A stretch of 64,000 bases of DNA from Candidatus Atabeyarchaeum deiterrae (GCA_037310415.1 CP147780.1:512001-576000); one strand, 5' to 3'; positions 40,610-53,132 are shown, numbered from the stretch's first letter. Numbers and translations: made by a program. Notes: a model not told the origin generated them from the letters alone.

Positions 40610-41176
40610 CTATCTAGCCGAAAGAGCTATTCTCTCCTTCTCATCCTTCTTCTGTATCGCGTGGGCTTTGGGATTCTTTGTAGCGACTGCCATTATCTCA
40701 TCGGCGAGACATTCGTCTATCGTCTTCGGGTTCTTGAACGATGCAGACGATGCTCCCGCTATGATGAATCTCATTGCGAGATCGATGCGCCGTTGTGGTG
40801 CAACGTCGACGGACTGATGATAGACTATTCCACCGTAGCTGATTCTGGTCGTCTCTTCTCGTGGCGCGGCGTTCTCTATCGCTTGAACCAAAACCTTCAC
40901 TGGATTCTCACCAGTCTTCAGTTCAATTATCTCAAAGGCTGATTTCACTATGTTTGTGGCCAGGTGCTTCTTTCCAGTGTTTGCGCCAGTTTTCATTAGA
41001 CGATTCAGAAAGCGTTCCACTATTGGCATCTGTGATTTTCCGAATTTGCTGTGCTCATGCCGACCCCCAGTGTGTGGAATGTACACCGGCTTTAGCGAGA
41101 TATATTTCCTCAAACCTACGTCGTTCACTTTGATATCTTTGAAATCCCACTTGCCAAAAAGTTTTGGTTCTGACAA
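40610..41176 (-). CDS. rps7: 30S ribosomal protein S7
   Basis: [22 protein letters not shown]. Confidence 0.97.
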   Translation of the reverse strand: MSEPKLFGKWDFKDIKVNDVGLRKYISLKPVYIPHTGGRHEHSKFGKSQMPIVERFLNRLMKTGANTGKKHLATNIVKSAFEIIELKTGENPVKVLVQAIENAAPREETTRISYGGIVYHQSVDVAPQRRIDLAMRFIIAGASSASFKNPKTIDECLADEIMAVATKNPKAHAIQKKDEKERIALSAR

Positions 41177-41265
41177 GCTAAACCACCAACTTGCATCTGT
41201 AATCTCGATTGCATATTAAGCGAGTTTGCCTTATTTGTTTTCCCTTAGGAATAGTCTCAATTCCG

Positions 41266-41703
41266 CTATGTTATTACCACATCATTTATGCCAAAGTGTC
41301 TGACAGCGAGGAGCCGAGCTCGTGCAACGTTCTTTCCATTTTTTCCTATGGCTAAACCCCTATCCTTAGGCTCCACTGTTACGACAGCGATTCTGTGCCC
41401 CTCCTTCTTCTCCGTTATCTTCACCGATTTTATGCGTGCAGGAGCGAGTGTGTTCTTAACGAAATCTTCGGGCGATTCGGAGTACTCTACAATCTCGACC
41501 TCCTTGCGCAATACCTCCTCAACGCGTCTGACATTGGAGCCCTTCTTTCCAATCGCCAGACCAATATCCCCTGCCTTTATTACGAAGATCACTCTGCTAC
41601 TCTTCTCATCTACTACCACATCTTTAGCAGTGGCACCCGTGACCCCTTCGAACAACCTAATATACTGAATCAAATCAGTTGTCAATACGACTCCACTATT
41701 CAT
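41266..41703 (-). CDS. nusA: NusA-like KH-domain factor
   Basis: Two AIGKxG KH motifs. Confidence 0.94.
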   Translation of the reverse strand: MNSGVVLTTDLIQYIRLFEGVTGATAKDVVVDEKSSRVIFVIKAGDIGLAIGKKGSNVRRVEEVLRKEVEIVEYSESPEDFVKNTLAPARIKSVKITEKKEGHRIAVVTVEPKDRGLAIGKNGKNVARARLLAVRHFGINDVVIT

Positions 41704-42067
41704 GCCTACGTCCTCCAGCCGCGATTTGCAGAATGTTAGAATCTCCTGGTTCTTTGATACCCATGGTTGATGTCATGAATGGTTTTCCACAGGTTGATCC
41801 AAGATCCCATGATGATGATCTAAACTCATATACGGGAATCTGCGACAAATTGCCATAGTATTCGATCTGCGACCGAATATCTTCTGGGCAATTCTTTGCA
41901 ATTATGACGAGTCTGACTTTTCCTTTCTTGACAGCGTTGAGAGTGCTCTCAAAGCCGAAAGTCACTGCGCCTGTTTTGACGGCAATTCGAATAGATTTTG
42001 ATATGTCTTGTTTTTCCGATGTCGTCGGCTGTTCTTGCCTGCTGCTCTTTGGAATACTTTTTGGCAT
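41696..42067 (-). CDS. rpl30e: 50S ribosomal protein L30e
   Basis: AVKTG, AKNCP, LGSTCGKPF, PGDS. Confidence 0.95.
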   Translation of the reverse strand: MPKSIPKSSRQEQPTTSEKQDISKSIRIAVKTGAVTFGFESTLNAVKKGKVRLVIIAKNCPEDIRSQIEYYGNLSQIPVYEFRSSSWDLGSTCGKPFMTSTMGIKEPGDSNILQIAAGGRRHE

Positions 42068-42132
42068 TCTGCTACACTTCCTTCAGCATACGTTCTCTTG
42101 TTCCTCCAGAATGACCTGCAAATAGGTTATTG

Positions 42133-43329
<1,197 letters not shown>

Positions 43330-45984
43330 TCACTTCTTGAACTTTTCACCCAGATTCTTCTTCAATATCGCATCTAAGTTGATGGCGTGTCCGTGATAGC
43401 TTTTTGACGGGTCAATACCGTCTTCTCCATACTGGAATTGAACTATTCGGCCCACTGAGGTTCTCACGGTACCGTCGTACTCAACTTTGATGTCCTGAAG
43501 CGCATTGATCAATCGCCGCTGCATGTAGCCACTAGTAGAAGTACGAACGGCTGTATCGACCAGTCCCTCTCTGCCACCCATAGCGTGGAAGAAGAACTCA
43601 ATGGGGGTTAGACCAGTGTAATAGGACGAAGACACAAAGCCTCTGGCTTCAGAGCTGAGGTCTTCTGGCTTGAAGTGTGGGAGGCTTCGCTGCTGGTAGC
43701 CACGCATTATGCGCTCTCCACGAACTGACTGTTGCCCTACACAGGCTGCCATTTGCGCCAGGTTCAGTCTATCGCCTCTAGCCCCGCTTCTCGCCATTAT
43801 GACTGCATAATTTCCCATTCCCAGATATTTGTCAGCTATGTCGCCTGCACCGTCTCTTGCTTCTGAGAGGTGTTGCATAAGTCTCATCTCAAGGGTTTCC
43901 TTAACGCTGTGACCCGGTACAGGCTCCATTTCCCCTCTTCGATAGGCTTCAATGTCTTGATCGACTTCCCTTGCTCCATCATCCAGAATTTCTCTAATCC
44001 TATTTGTAGCCTCTTCTCTAAGCCGAACATCATCTATGCCCATCGTAAACCCTTTTGCAGTTATGAACATGACGAGTAGTCGAGTGATCGAGTCGAGAAA
44101 GACTCTCGCTGCATCGTTGCCGTAACTCTTTATCATGTAGTGATAGATGCTTTCAGGAACCCCAGCGCCAAAAGCGTTCTTATCGAATACCCCAGAGATC
44201 AACTTCCCGTTCTTCACTATGCAGTAAGCATCGTAAGTGCACTCTTCTCTTTTGCAGTCCTCGCATTTGTGGCATATTTTCGCCTTCCAAGAATAACTCA
44301 AATCGTCAGGTAAGAGCATGCTGATTATCTGTTTCCCGCTCCACATATCGGGGTTTTTCAGCTCGGGTTCAGGGAGTCCCTTATTGATTCCTGCGGCGTC
44401 AATAAGGCCACACATCTCCTTGAGAGTCAAGTAGCTACCCTTCTTCGTCAGAAGGTACCCAGCGGAGATGTAGTCCTGAATACCACCTATAATAGGGCCA
44501 CCGTATCTGGGTGAGAGAATCTGTTCTTGAACACGCATCAAGGTCTTTGCTTCTGCCCGAGCTTCCTCACTCTGAGGAACATGCAGATTCATCTCGTCAC
44601 CATCGAAGTCTGCATTGTAAGGTGGACAGACACACAGATTCAGACGAAAAGTCTTGTAGGGCATGACGCGCACTTCATGAGCCATGATGGACATGCGATG
44701 AAGTGAGGGCTGTCTGTTGAAGAGCACTATATCTCCATCTTTAAGATGGCGTTCCACAACAGAACCAGGTTCGATCGCGTCTCCTATCGAGTCAAGGTCC
44801 TTAACGAATCTCAAATCTACTCTTCTGCCATCCATGCGAATGACATAGTTGGCCCCTGGATGACCCTCGGGACCATTTCTGACTAGTTTCTTTGTCTCCT
44901 CAATGTTCCAGTTTGTAACACGTTCAGGAATTGTCAGGATCTTTGCTACTTCAAGGGGCACGCCGACATCGTTGATGCTGATGTTTGGATCAGGCGAGAT
45001 AACTGTCCTAGCAGAAAAGTCGACACGTTTTCCTGAGAGGTTGCTTCTGAACCGCCCTTCTTTCCCTTTAAGACGCTGCGCCAGTGTTCTCAACGCCCGT
45101 CCTGATCTGTGCCTCGCCGGCGGTACGCCTGAAACTTCATTATCGAAGTAAGTTGTCACATGATATTGAAGCAATTCCCATAGATCCTCAACAATTAGTT
45201 GGGGTGCTCCAGCATCAATGTTCTCTTTGAGCCTCTGATTTATGCGAACTACATCGACAAGTTTGTGGGTTAGATCATCTTCCGACCTCACTCCAGACTC
45301 GAGTGTAATTGAGGGACGAACAGCAATCGGAGGAACTGGAAGAACTGTCAGAACAGTCCATTCGAGTCTAGCGCTTCTGGAGTTGACTCCCAAAAGTTTC
45401 TGATCTTCGTCGGTTATTCTTTCGAGTCTGTCCCTCACATCGCTGGAGGTGAGCCTCACTGGCCCAGCTTCTGTCTCTTCGGTGAATGATGTGGGTTTCT
45501 CAAATCCTATCTTGCGTTGGGTCTCACCACAGTGAGGGCATTGACTTACCCGTATTGCGTGTTTTACGATCTTGTCGGTGATGTCAGAGTTAAGTTCATT
45601 CCAAGTTTTCTCGTGCTCATCCATTTCTGTTCGAAGCTTCTCCAACTCGGCATCTGACATGAGAATCCGACTGCACTTTCTGCAAGTCGACCTTAATGCT
45701 TTGTATGTCAGTTTGTTGAATCCAACGTGTATGACTGGCCTTGCTAGTTCAATGTGACCAAAATGCCCTGGGCAATCACCGACGCGGTTACCACACGTCT
45801 TACATCTCCGACCTGGCTCAACTGTGCCGAGTCTGGAATCCATTAATCCAGAGTCTATCGGCAAGCCATCTTCGTCATATGTATCCGCCGTGATTATTCT
45901 GGTAACAGAGAGTTTTCTGATTTCATCCGGCGAAAGAAGACCAAATCTTATTTTCTCAATAATCTTCGGTACGCGTGACGCCAA
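43330..45984 (-). CDS. rpoA1: RNA polymerase subunit A' (Rpo1N)
   Basis: NADFDGDEMN, GGREGLVDTAV. Confidence 0.98.
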   Translation of the reverse strand: MASRVPKIIEKIRFGLLSPDEIRKLSVTRIITADTYDEDGLPIDSGLMDSRLGTVEPGRRCKTCGNRVGDCPGHFGHIELARPVIHVGFNKLTYKALRSTCRKCSRILMSDAELEKLRTEMDEHEKTWNELNSDITDKIVKHAIRVSQCPHCGETQRKIGFEKPTSFTEETEAGPVRLTSSDVRDRLERITDEDQKLLGVNSRSARLEWTVLTVLPVPPIAVRPSITLESGVRSEDDLTHKLVDVVRINQRLKENIDAGAPQLIVEDLWELLQYHVTTYFDNEVSGVPPARHRSGRALRTLAQRLKGKEGRFRSNLSGKRVDFSARTVISPDPNISINDVGVPLEVAKILTIPERVTNWNIEETKKLVRNGPEGHPGANYVIRMDGRRVDLRFVKDLDSIGDAIEPGSVVERHLKDGDIVLFNRQPSLHRMSIMAHEVRVMPYKTFRLNLCVCPPYNADFDGDEMNLHVPQSEEARAEAKTLMRVQEQILSPRYGGPIIGGIQDYISAGYLLTKKGSYLTLKEMCGLIDAAGINKGLPEPELKNPDMWSGKQIISMLLPDDLSYSWKAKICHKCEDCKREECTYDAYCIVKNGKLISGVFDKNAFGAGVPESIYHYMIKSYGNDAARVFLDSITRLLVMFITAKGFTMGIDDVRLREEATNRIREILDDGAREVDQDIEAYRRGEMEPVPGHSVKETLEMRLMQHLSEARDGAGDIADKYLGMGNYAVIMARSGARGDRLNLAQMAACVGQQSVRGERIMRGYQQRSLPHFKPEDLSSEARGFVSSSYYTGLTPIEFFFHAMGGREGLVDTAVRTSTSGYMQRRLINALQDIKVEYDGTVRTSVGRIVQFQYGEDGIDPSKSYHGHAINLDAILKKNLGEKFKK

Positions 45985-46006
45985 GTGCCTAATACACCTC
46001 TTTCGA

Positions 46007-49000
46007 TCAAGCTCTTTCCTTCAACATCAATCTCGGGGCGATTCCTAAACTTACCAGTTCCTGAAGCAGGAGTTTGAATGCGTATGACATCTCAACTCTT
46101 GAGATTCTTCCTTTATCACCACAAACTCTACAGTAATATCTGTCTCTGCTTCTATCATATGTGGCAAGCATACCGCAATTCTCGCAGACTAGAACTACGC
46201 ATTTGTCTGACTCTTCCAGCAACCTTTCCTTCAGAAGAAGCGTTGCACCGTGTCCAATTAGACAGTCTCTTTCCATCTCTCCGAACCGAAGACCGCCTTC
46301 CCTAGCGCGACCTTCAGTAGGTTGTCTGGTCAGTATCTGAACAGGACCTCTCGCCCGAGCATGCAGTTTATCAGCTACCATATGGTGAAGCTTCTGATAG
46401 TACACTACTCCTATGAACATGTCGACCTCAAACTTTTCGCCATTTACGCCACTATACATGACTTCTTTGCCATTGTACTTGTAACCGAGTTTCTGCAGTT
46501 GGTCATAGAGGTCTGATAGCTTCTCACCTGAGAAAGCTGTTCCGTCGACAACTTTTCCACCTAATGAACCGACCTTTCCGGCAATTGACTCTATGAGTTG
46601 CCCAATTGTCATTCTGGATGGGATCGCATGAGGGTTAATCACCAAGTCGGGAACGACTCCATCTTCTGTAAAAGGCATGTCTTCTTGAGGAACCAGTAGA
46701 CCGAGTACTCCTTTCTGTCCATGACGCGAAGCGAACTTGTCGCCTAGCTCCGGCACTCTCGGGTCCCGAACTTTGGTCTTTACCAAGCGGTTTCCTTCAA
46801 CCGTCTCACCGAGTATCACCGTGTCAATGATACCTGATTCCCCGTATCTCAGATTACTTGAGGTTTCTCTTCTAGTGGGGCTTGGCACTTCAAATTCCGT
46901 ATATTCCTCTAAGAAACGAGGGGGACTAGTCCTTCCTATCAATACGTCTCCGCCTTGTACGTCAGTCTCGGGTTCGATTATCCCATCTTCACTTAGGTGG
47001 CGGTAAACCTCTGCCGCGCGGTATCCTCTAACTGTTCGGTCAGGGATCTCGAAACGATCTTCCTGACCTCCTGGGTATTTTCTCTCCTCTGCTTCATAGA
47101 CACGGAAGAAGGTGGAACGAGCTAGCCCTCTTTCAACTGAGGACTTGTTCATTATTAGGGCATCTTCCATATTGTAGCCAGATAATGAGAGTATTGCCAC
47201 AACGAAGTTCTGTCCAGCGGGCCGCTTGTCGAACTGGATGGCGTCCATGGCCTTGGTTCGAACCATAGCCCTTTGAAGATAGTGAAGAATGTGGGATCGA
47301 GTATCGACTCGCAGCCGGTAGTTGGCGCCAAAAAGTCCCAATGCTTGTTTGGCCATGCCAGCTTCGTAGGTGTTTCTCGGAGACTGATTATGTTGGGGAT
47401 AGGGAATCATCGAGGCACATATGCCTAAGATAGCGGACGCCGCTATTTCCATGTAATTATGTTCGGATGTCAATGAGTCTGGTCCGATCGCCACGAACGC
47501 GTTCTCCTCTTCTTCAGCATCGAGATACTCCATAATCGCATTTCTGACGAGATCGCTGAATCTCCATTCGCGGTTTCTCAGTTTCTCGATGTGTTCGAGG
47601 GTAAGCTTTGGTCTTCCATTTTCTGCGATGATCACGGGGCGTCTAACTCTTCCTGCATCACAGTTGATTTGAATCTCACCAGATTCTCGGTAATAAGCAA
47701 TGTTTGTTTCATTGCTGATCTCCCCTCTTCTGCGGAGAAGGACTACCTGATTTCTGAATCGCTGCGGGTCATTGTGATAGCCGACCAGTCGGCCATTGAG
47801 GAATATTCTAGCTTCCTTTGCGGCATTGCTTTTTCTTGCTTCTTCGATTGACATTATCCCAAGATCTAGTATTTTCCCCTCAACTTGGCTGTCTTCAATT
47901 CCGACAGAGATGTAGGCCATCAATGCCAAGTTCTTGACGAGACCACAATTTGGTCCTTCTGGTGTCTCGCTCGGACATACTCTACCCCAGTGGGTTGGAT
48001 GAAGATCCCGCGCTTCGAAGTGGGGTTGGCTGCGACTTAGAGGCGAGATGATTCTTCTGAGGTGACTTAGTGCCGAAAGAAAGTTATTGCGGTCTAGAAG
48101 TTGGCTGACTCCAGCCTTACCGCCGACCCAGTTCCCCGTGGCAAGGGCGTGTCGCAACCTTTCCGTTATGACATCGGCTCTAACGGCAGTGTGGATACTC
48201 GGAACGCGACCACGTATCGCGTTTCTCTCAATTTGATACTTGATATCCCTGCACAAGTTAAGGAAAGCAACCCTGAATAGACTGACAAGAAGATCTCCAG
48301 CCAATTTCAATCTCTTATTGGCATAGTGGTCTTTGTCGTCAGATTCCCGTTTATGCAATGAAAGTTCGATTAAACGTTCGGCCATCTGGCCAAGATAATA
48401 CGCTTTCTTGAGTCTGGCATCTGAGCTAGTTCCGATATGTGGAAGAAGATACTTGTCGAGAATCTGTTCAGCACGCTTCTGGCGGTACTCCTTGGTCTGT
48501 CCAACGGCAACTCTGCGACCGACGTAGTCGAGGGCGTCATTCTGATCTGCTACCACATCAGCCTCGTGCAGGGTAGGAATAAGTTCGCGAACGACCTCTG
48601 GATCCTCGGAAACGGCTTCGCTTATCTGCTTATCAGTTACTAGCCCCAATGCACGAACTAGTATGGCTAATGGAATCTTACCAGGGACGGATGGAAATGA
48701 CAGACGAAGTGATCCGTCACGACGTCTCTCAAGTGTGACTGGTGCCCTGAATCCGCGGGAAGTTGAGAAAACCTTAGCTACGTGAGTATAAGCTCCTCCT
48801 GAACTCTCTTCGATCAGTATTCTATTTGAAGCCAAGTCTTCTTGTATCACGATCACTCTTTCGGAGCCATTGACTATGAAGTAGCCTCCAGGGTCGTTTG
48901 GATCTTCTCCAACCTTAATTAATTCCTCGGTCTGCATCTTGACCAGAAGACACTTGCTGGACTTCAGCATTATTGGTAGTCGGCCGATGTACTCCTTGGA

Positions 49001-49345
49001 AGGCTTGCTCTCTACTTCAATTCCTGTCCTCTCATCTTTGTGAACGAGAGTCATTTCAAGATAGACTGGTGCTGAATAAGTGAGGTTTCTGATCCGAGCT
49101 TCCATTGGGAAGATCTCTTTTGCAGACCCATCAGCTTCTTTAACAGTCGGTGCTCCAACCTCGATCTTGCCTAGCTTGATATAGTACCCTTCGATATCAG
49201 GCTCGATCTTTCCGACTTCATCAACGATTTGCTGAAGTCTATTCTCCACAAAATCGTTGTACGAATCCAAGTGCTGACGAGCTAATATTCCTTCGTTGAT
49301 GAAGGCTTGCATAACTACCCATGGGTCAAGAAACTCTTTACTCAA
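46007..49345 (-). CDS. rpoB: RNA polymerase subunit B (unsplit Rpo2)
   Basis: [23 protein letters not shown]. Confidence 0.98.
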   Translation of the reverse strand: MSKEFLDPWVVMQAFINEGILARQHLDSYNDFVENRLQQIVDEVGKIEPDIEGYYIKLGKIEVGAPTVKEADGSAKEIFPMEARIRNLTYSAPVYLEMTLVHKDERTGIEVESKPSKEYIGRLPIMLKSSKCLLVKMQTEELIKVGEDPNDPGGYFIVNGSERVIVIQEDLASNRILIEESSGGAYTHVAKVFSTSRGFRAPVTLERRRDGSLRLSFPSVPGKIPLAILVRALGLVTDKQISEAVSEDPEVVRELIPTLHEADVVADQNDALDYVGRRVAVGQTKEYRQKRAEQILDKYLLPHIGTSSDARLKKAYYLGQMAERLIELSLHKRESDDKDHYANKRLKLAGDLLVSLFRVAFLNLCRDIKYQIERNAIRGRVPSIHTAVRADVITERLRHALATGNWVGGKAGVSQLLDRNNFLSALSHLRRIISPLSRSQPHFEARDLHPTHWGRVCPSETPEGPNCGLVKNLALMAYISVGIEDSQVEGKILDLGIMSIEEARKSNAAKEARIFLNGRLVGYHNDPQRFRNQVVLLRRRGEISNETNIAYYRESGEIQINCDAGRVRRPVIIAENGRPKLTLEHIEKLRNREWRFSDLVRNAIMEYLDAEEEENAFVAIGPDSLTSEHNYMEIAASAILGICASMIPYPQHNQSPRNTYEAGMAKQALGLFGANYRLRVDTRSHILHYLQRAMVRTKAMDAIQFDKRPAGQNFVVAILSLSGYNMEDALIMNKSSVERGLARSTFFRVYEAEERKYPGGQEDRFEIPDRTVRGYRAAEVYRHLSEDGIIEPETDVQGGDVLIGRTSPPRFLEEYTEFEVPSPTRRETSSNLRYGESGIIDTVILGETVEGNRLVKTKVRDPRVPELGDKFASRHGQKGVLGLLVPQEDMPFTEDGVVPDLVINPHAIPSRMTIGQLIESIAGKVGSLGGKVVDGTAFSGEKLSDLYDQLQKLGYKYNGKEVMYSGVNGEKFEVDMFIGVVYYQKLHHMVADKLHARARGPVQILTRQPTEGRAREGGLRFGEMERDCLIGHGATLLLKERLLEESDKCVVLVCENCGMLATYDRSRDRYYCRVCGDKGRISRVEMSYAFKLLLQELVSLGIAPRLMLKERA

Positions 49346-49376
49346 TAAGAATCAATCCCTCTTAGATTCAAGAATC

Positions 49377-49628
49377 CTAATCTCTTGGGATGTATCTATA
49401 AAAAACTGCATACTCACCTGCTGTTTCACTTTTCCTCATTATCTTCACAATGTCACCCTTTTTCGCATTTATCGCAATCATGACGGGATCATCTATTTTG
49501 ATTAGTGGAAGCCACTCTGGCTGGATGTTATACTTCTCAAGCAGTTCCTTTTTCTCTTCCTCAGTGAGAAGAATGTGCTTTGGAACAATCTCGTGCTCAA
49601 TGAGCTTCTTTGGCTCTTGTGAAGACAC
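49377..49628 (-). CDS. rpoH: RNA polymerase subunit H (Rpo5)
   Basis: HEIVPKH, LPLI..DDP, RKSETAG. Confidence 0.96.
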   Translation of the reverse strand: MSSQEPKKLIEHEIVPKHILLTEEEKKELLEKYNIQPEWLPLIKIDDPVMIAINAKKGDIVKIMRKSETAGEYAVFYRYIPRD

Positions 49629-49692
49629 GTCGCTAGACCTCCGTCCATATCTTCAATTGATCTATCATCAATCTCGAATCGTTGTGCAGGTG

Positions 49693-49907
49693 TGGCGGGC
49701 CCGAGGGGAATTTCGGCATATCCTCTTGTAATATGCTATCGAACCCCCGGCCACCGGGTTTCATTACGCTACCCTTGGATGGTTTGTTCTCTCTGGCATT
49801 AGTCGACGTTTAAAAGCCTCACCCTCTGAGGAGCAGTTCACTCCTCTAGAGTCCGGCGCTATAGGCAGACACTGTTTCTTCCTTCTACCTGACTGAGCTA
49901 CGGGCCC
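49693..49907 (-). tRNA. tRNA-Lys(UUU) with four introns (49861-49884, 49818-49852, 49760-49810, 49710-49737); CCA encoded
   Basis: Removing the four BHB-bounded segments gives GGGCCCGTAGCTCAGTCAGGTAGAGCGCCGGGCTTTTAACCCGGTGGCCGGGGGTTCGATTCCCCTCGGGCCCGCCA, a complete cloverleaf. Confidence 0.88.
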
Positions 49908-50034
49908 AAGCAGGCCTCATACACCTGTATTGTCTATGGATAAAATGAATTCCTTATATTCTTTTCTCCTCTTTGGGCGTCTCATTCTTCGAAGCTTCAT
50001 GACCAAAAAGACGACCTCGTCTTACCTTCTCAGG

Positions 50035-50889
50035 TCAGTCTCGGATTGCTTTCCTGATAAGTGGTTCTATCTCCCACCAAGGCGCGATTCTCTTGACGAG
50101 AGGTTCACCGTTTATGCATACTCCCCTGCTCAGTCCACGTTCTAGAACAACTTGCCTATCGTCCGTATTGATGAAGTTTGCTTCAACCTTGTATTTCCCA
50201 ATGTTTCTTCTGACTTCGTCGGCTGACCAACCTGACCATAGACACTGGCTGTTGAAGTAGATGTCCACGACAGGCTTGCCACTTCCCTTGTACTTCTTAC
50301 ATTGCGGGTGAACTAGCTCCGGCTTCTCATTCGAGCCGGTATTCAGGTGGAGAAGCACTCGGCTTCCATCTCGATCAACGTCTTTGAAGCCCATCTTTCT
50401 AAACTGTGCCGCGGGCAAATATGCATAACCTCCGAGCCATTTATCGCCGTCGTAGGCTAGGATACTTACTCCTCCATAGTTTTTTCCCATTTCGACAGCT
50501 CTTTGCACGAGAGCCCTCGCCACACCGTGGCGCCAAAATGGTCTGAGAACCCACATGCAATTTATGAAAAGTGATCCGTTTCCTCTGACAGGCTCCAGAG
50601 CATGCTCGATTGGAACGTACTCTATCAGTCCCACCGGGAAGTTGCCGAGTGTTATGGTTTCCTTGAATTTTGCGTCTTTTTCGCCGAGCAACTCAATTGC
50701 CTTTGAGGAATCTTCGAGCGCAACCGAGATCCGTAATCCTTTCGCCATCATATTTCTAATCCACATTCTTCTGGTTTCCATTGGAGCTTCTAGGGCTTTT
50801 CTCCATTCGCGCGGAATATCTGGCTCATAGCATATTGCCTTAACATAGTCGAGTTCGTTGGGCGAAACCTCTTTGACTAGAATGGCTAT
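50035..50889 (-). CDS. GNAT acetyltransferase with YoaP-like C-terminal domain (start extended to ATA at 50889)
   Basis: GLIEYVPIEHA, FINCMWV, RHGVARAL, SQC; open frame and AGGAGG upstream. Confidence 0.78.
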   Translation of the reverse strand: MAILVKEVSPNELDYVKAICYEPDIPREWRKALEAPMETRRMWIRNMMAKGLRISVALEDSSKAIELLGEKDAKFKETITLGNFPVGLIEYVPIEHALEPVRGNGSLFINCMWVLRPFWRHGVARALVQRAVEMGKNYGGVSILAYDGDKWLGGYAYLPAAQFRKMGFKDVDRDGSRVLLHLNTGSNEKPELVHPQCKKYKGSGKPVVDIYFNSQCLWSGWSADEVRRNIGKYKVEANFINTDDRQVVLERGLSRGVCINGEPLVKRIAPWWEIEPLIRKAIRD

Positions 50890-51007
50890 ACTTCCTCCTG
50901 GCCTCTGATCGTGCAGTAATTCATTAACTACTGTCCGCTATAAAAGCCTAGTCGAACTTCGGCAGCCCCAACCCAATAATAACGATGTCTACAATCCTCA
51001 GACATTA

Positions 51008-51080
51008 CAAAAAAGGGCTTGTGGGTCTGTAAACGGGCATATTTGGGGTTCTAGTCTTTTCCCTAGCTCATTTTGCCCGT
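51008..51080 (+). repeat. Island hairpin repeat, copy 1
   Basis: A6-G run then GTCTGTAA...TAGTCTTTTC; arms ACGGGCA/TGCCCGT and GGGTT/AGCTC. Confidence 0.7.
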
Positions 51081-51502
51081 AATGGTACGGTTGCCAATAT
51101 GACCAACCGTCAGGCAGCGCGCGGAGTTGAGACGATATGCCTTCGTCCAAGATCCGCTATTGGAAGAATCCTCCGAAGCACAGAGCTAGGTCAAGGGACA
51201 GTTATCAGAGGCATAGACAGCATCTCACAAGGTATGCCAAGGCGCAACCTGCTTTGAAATCCACTTGAGTAACCATAACCTAGAGATGTTAGCTCGCACT
51301 AAGAGTATCCCTAAGGAAGAGGATACCGAAGAATACCATAGAAAAGCGTCTCATTCTCTTGTGCGTGCCCAAATCATCGACCGTAAAGAATATGTAAGTA
51401 GTCTTTGATATCACTTGGTGAAGTGCGCTGAAGCAAAGCTTAAGAAAGCCATCGAGACCATATACATCCTGACGGCGCACTAGGAGGGGCGGCGCGCGCG
51501 AG

Positions 51503-52366
51503 GTGACGATTGTGGTCTCCAAAAAACGGAGAATTGTGATCCCCACCCTTGCAGTTGGGTTAATAGTGGTTTTAGGTGTGGTCATAGCGCCCCTCGCACT
51601 CTATCCTAAGTGCGACATTGCTGGTCCGTATTATCACAAAATCTACTCTGCCACCTCGGTCAATGGTTTAAGTTGGACGGTCAATAATACCGTGATTTTT
51701 GATCATGCGTCTGTTCCTGGGGCCGTGTATTTCAACAGCAAGCTCTATCTCTATTTTGTTAATGCGGAGTGTGGTGAGAAATTGAGTGTGGCTATCAGCG
51801 ATAATTACGGTAATAGCTTTGCGGTGTATGACGTAGCGATTTCAGGGTCGAATAGCCCGCGTCCCGTCGATCCGAACCCAATAGTCGATGGCGGGCTAAT
51901 ACGGCTCACCTATCTCGGGAACTTAGGAGGAGACCCGGCTAATATTGTCACCGCCCACTCGTCCGATGGTATTAATTTTGTCGAAGATGCAATCCTATTC
52001 AGTGAAACCAGCATCACAGATCCGGATCTATTTCATTACAGCCCAAGTGAGTGGATTCTGTTCGTTGATCAAGGGAGCACTTTGTTAAAAGCCAATGGAA
52101 CTTCCATATCAACGCCGCTTGTGAAAGATAGCACCTTTAATTTTGCAGGCATACTGTGTTCGACACACTACATTAATAGCAAATTTCACACCTATTATCT
52201 CGGATCAAAAGGGATCTCAGTGGCGGAATATAATAGCAGCGGTTTGACAGTTCTAGCGGAAGATCTGATTACAGGATTTACCGGATTCATCGGAGATCCC
52301 ACCGTAGTAGTGTTTGGTCCTGGCAATTATCTCATGTATTTTAAGCAAACCGATATCCCACCGTAG
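51503..52366 (+). CDS. Membrane-anchored beta-propeller protein (GH32/GH43-like fold, Asp-box-like repeats)
   Basis: N-terminal TM; S.DG..F/W repeats; DPNPI, DPDLF, DPTVV blade motifs. Confidence 0.6.
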   Translation: MTIVVSKKRRIVIPTLAVGLIVVLGVVIAPLALYPKCDIAGPYYHKIYSATSVNGLSWTVNNTVIFDHASVPGAVYFNSKLYLYFVNAECGEKLSVAISDNYGNSFAVYDVAISGSNSPRPVDPNPIVDGGLIRLTYLGNLGGDPANIVTAHSSDGINFVEDAILFSETSITDPDLFHYSPSEWILFVDQGSTLLKANGTSISTPLVKDSTFNFAGILCSTHYINSKFHTYYLGSKGISVAEYNSSGLTVLAEDLITGFTGFIGDPTVVVFGPGNYLMYFKQTDIPP

Positions 52367-52662
52367 TAGTATAGTTGTTAATATACTACCATATGTATTA
52401 GCAACTCTAATAGTATCGGTAACTAAACACCACCAACCAACCGTTTGTCTTGAATTAGCCCCTGCACCACTTCTTCGAGATCCAGCTTAGATGATTGAGA
52501 GTTCTTGTCCATGCCGAGTCTTCTACCTGATTCGGAGGCGTCATCCAGAAATCTGGGTCATTTACTGATAACCTGCTTTCCGTCAAAAGAGTCTTGTCTT
52601 TACCTGAAATAAGCAAAAGCTCGAGAACTGCTTGCTGCGAAATCGTCAAGTGCGCCTATCGT

Positions 52663-52747
52663 CAAAAAAGAGGCTGCACGTCTCTAACCACACATATTTG
52701 TGGTTTTAGTTTTTTCTGTGAGCCCGAAAATGCTGATTTACAGACCT
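52663..52747 (+). repeat. Island hairpin repeat, copy 2
   Basis: GTCTCTAA (52680) pairs with TTACAGAC (52738-52745); centre 52712.5. Confidence 0.78.
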
Positions 52748-52928
52748 CCTGTTCTTCAACACTTCCGCAACTGTGAAAGCGATCTTCCTCATGAACTCCG
52801 AGTTCCCCGCACTTTCCAAGTGCTTTTGGGTTGAACTCGAAACTCCTAGCCTTGGCAAACTTGACCTAAATACACGTGAGAAATGGAAGCGAGTGCTTGC
52901 GTGACCCCGCATCGATCGTATCCTTACG

Positions 52929-53132
52929 TCACAAGCTCCGTTGGTTCTTGAGTATTTCTGAGTGCAGTTTTCCACCAGTCGCCCAATTAGTCTTGGGAGT
53001 CTCGTAGATGATAACGTGAACAGCGTCTCTGGGGACGCCCAAATCTTCAAGCACCTTCGTCATTCCCTCAGCTATCTTCCTCTTGCTGTCTTCAGCCATG
53101 CCAGCCCACATCGTAACTTGTACCAAGGGCAA
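52929..53132 (-). CDS. 4-oxalocrotonate tautomerase family protein
   Basis: Catalytic Pro after Met, VHVIIYE..K.NWATGG. Confidence 0.9.
   Translation of the reverse strand: MPLVQVTMWAGMAEDSKRKIAEGMTKVLEDLGVPRDAVHVIIYETPKTNWATGGKLHSEILKNQRSL

Noticed and set aside
52706-52770. Repeats as remnants of a gene C-terminus (RAHRKN*, REHRKN*, AYRKD* on the minus strand)
   Set aside because: The peptide similarity follows from the conserved TAGTYTTTTC; copy 1 has an in-frame stop and the substitutions track base pairing. Not fully excluded.
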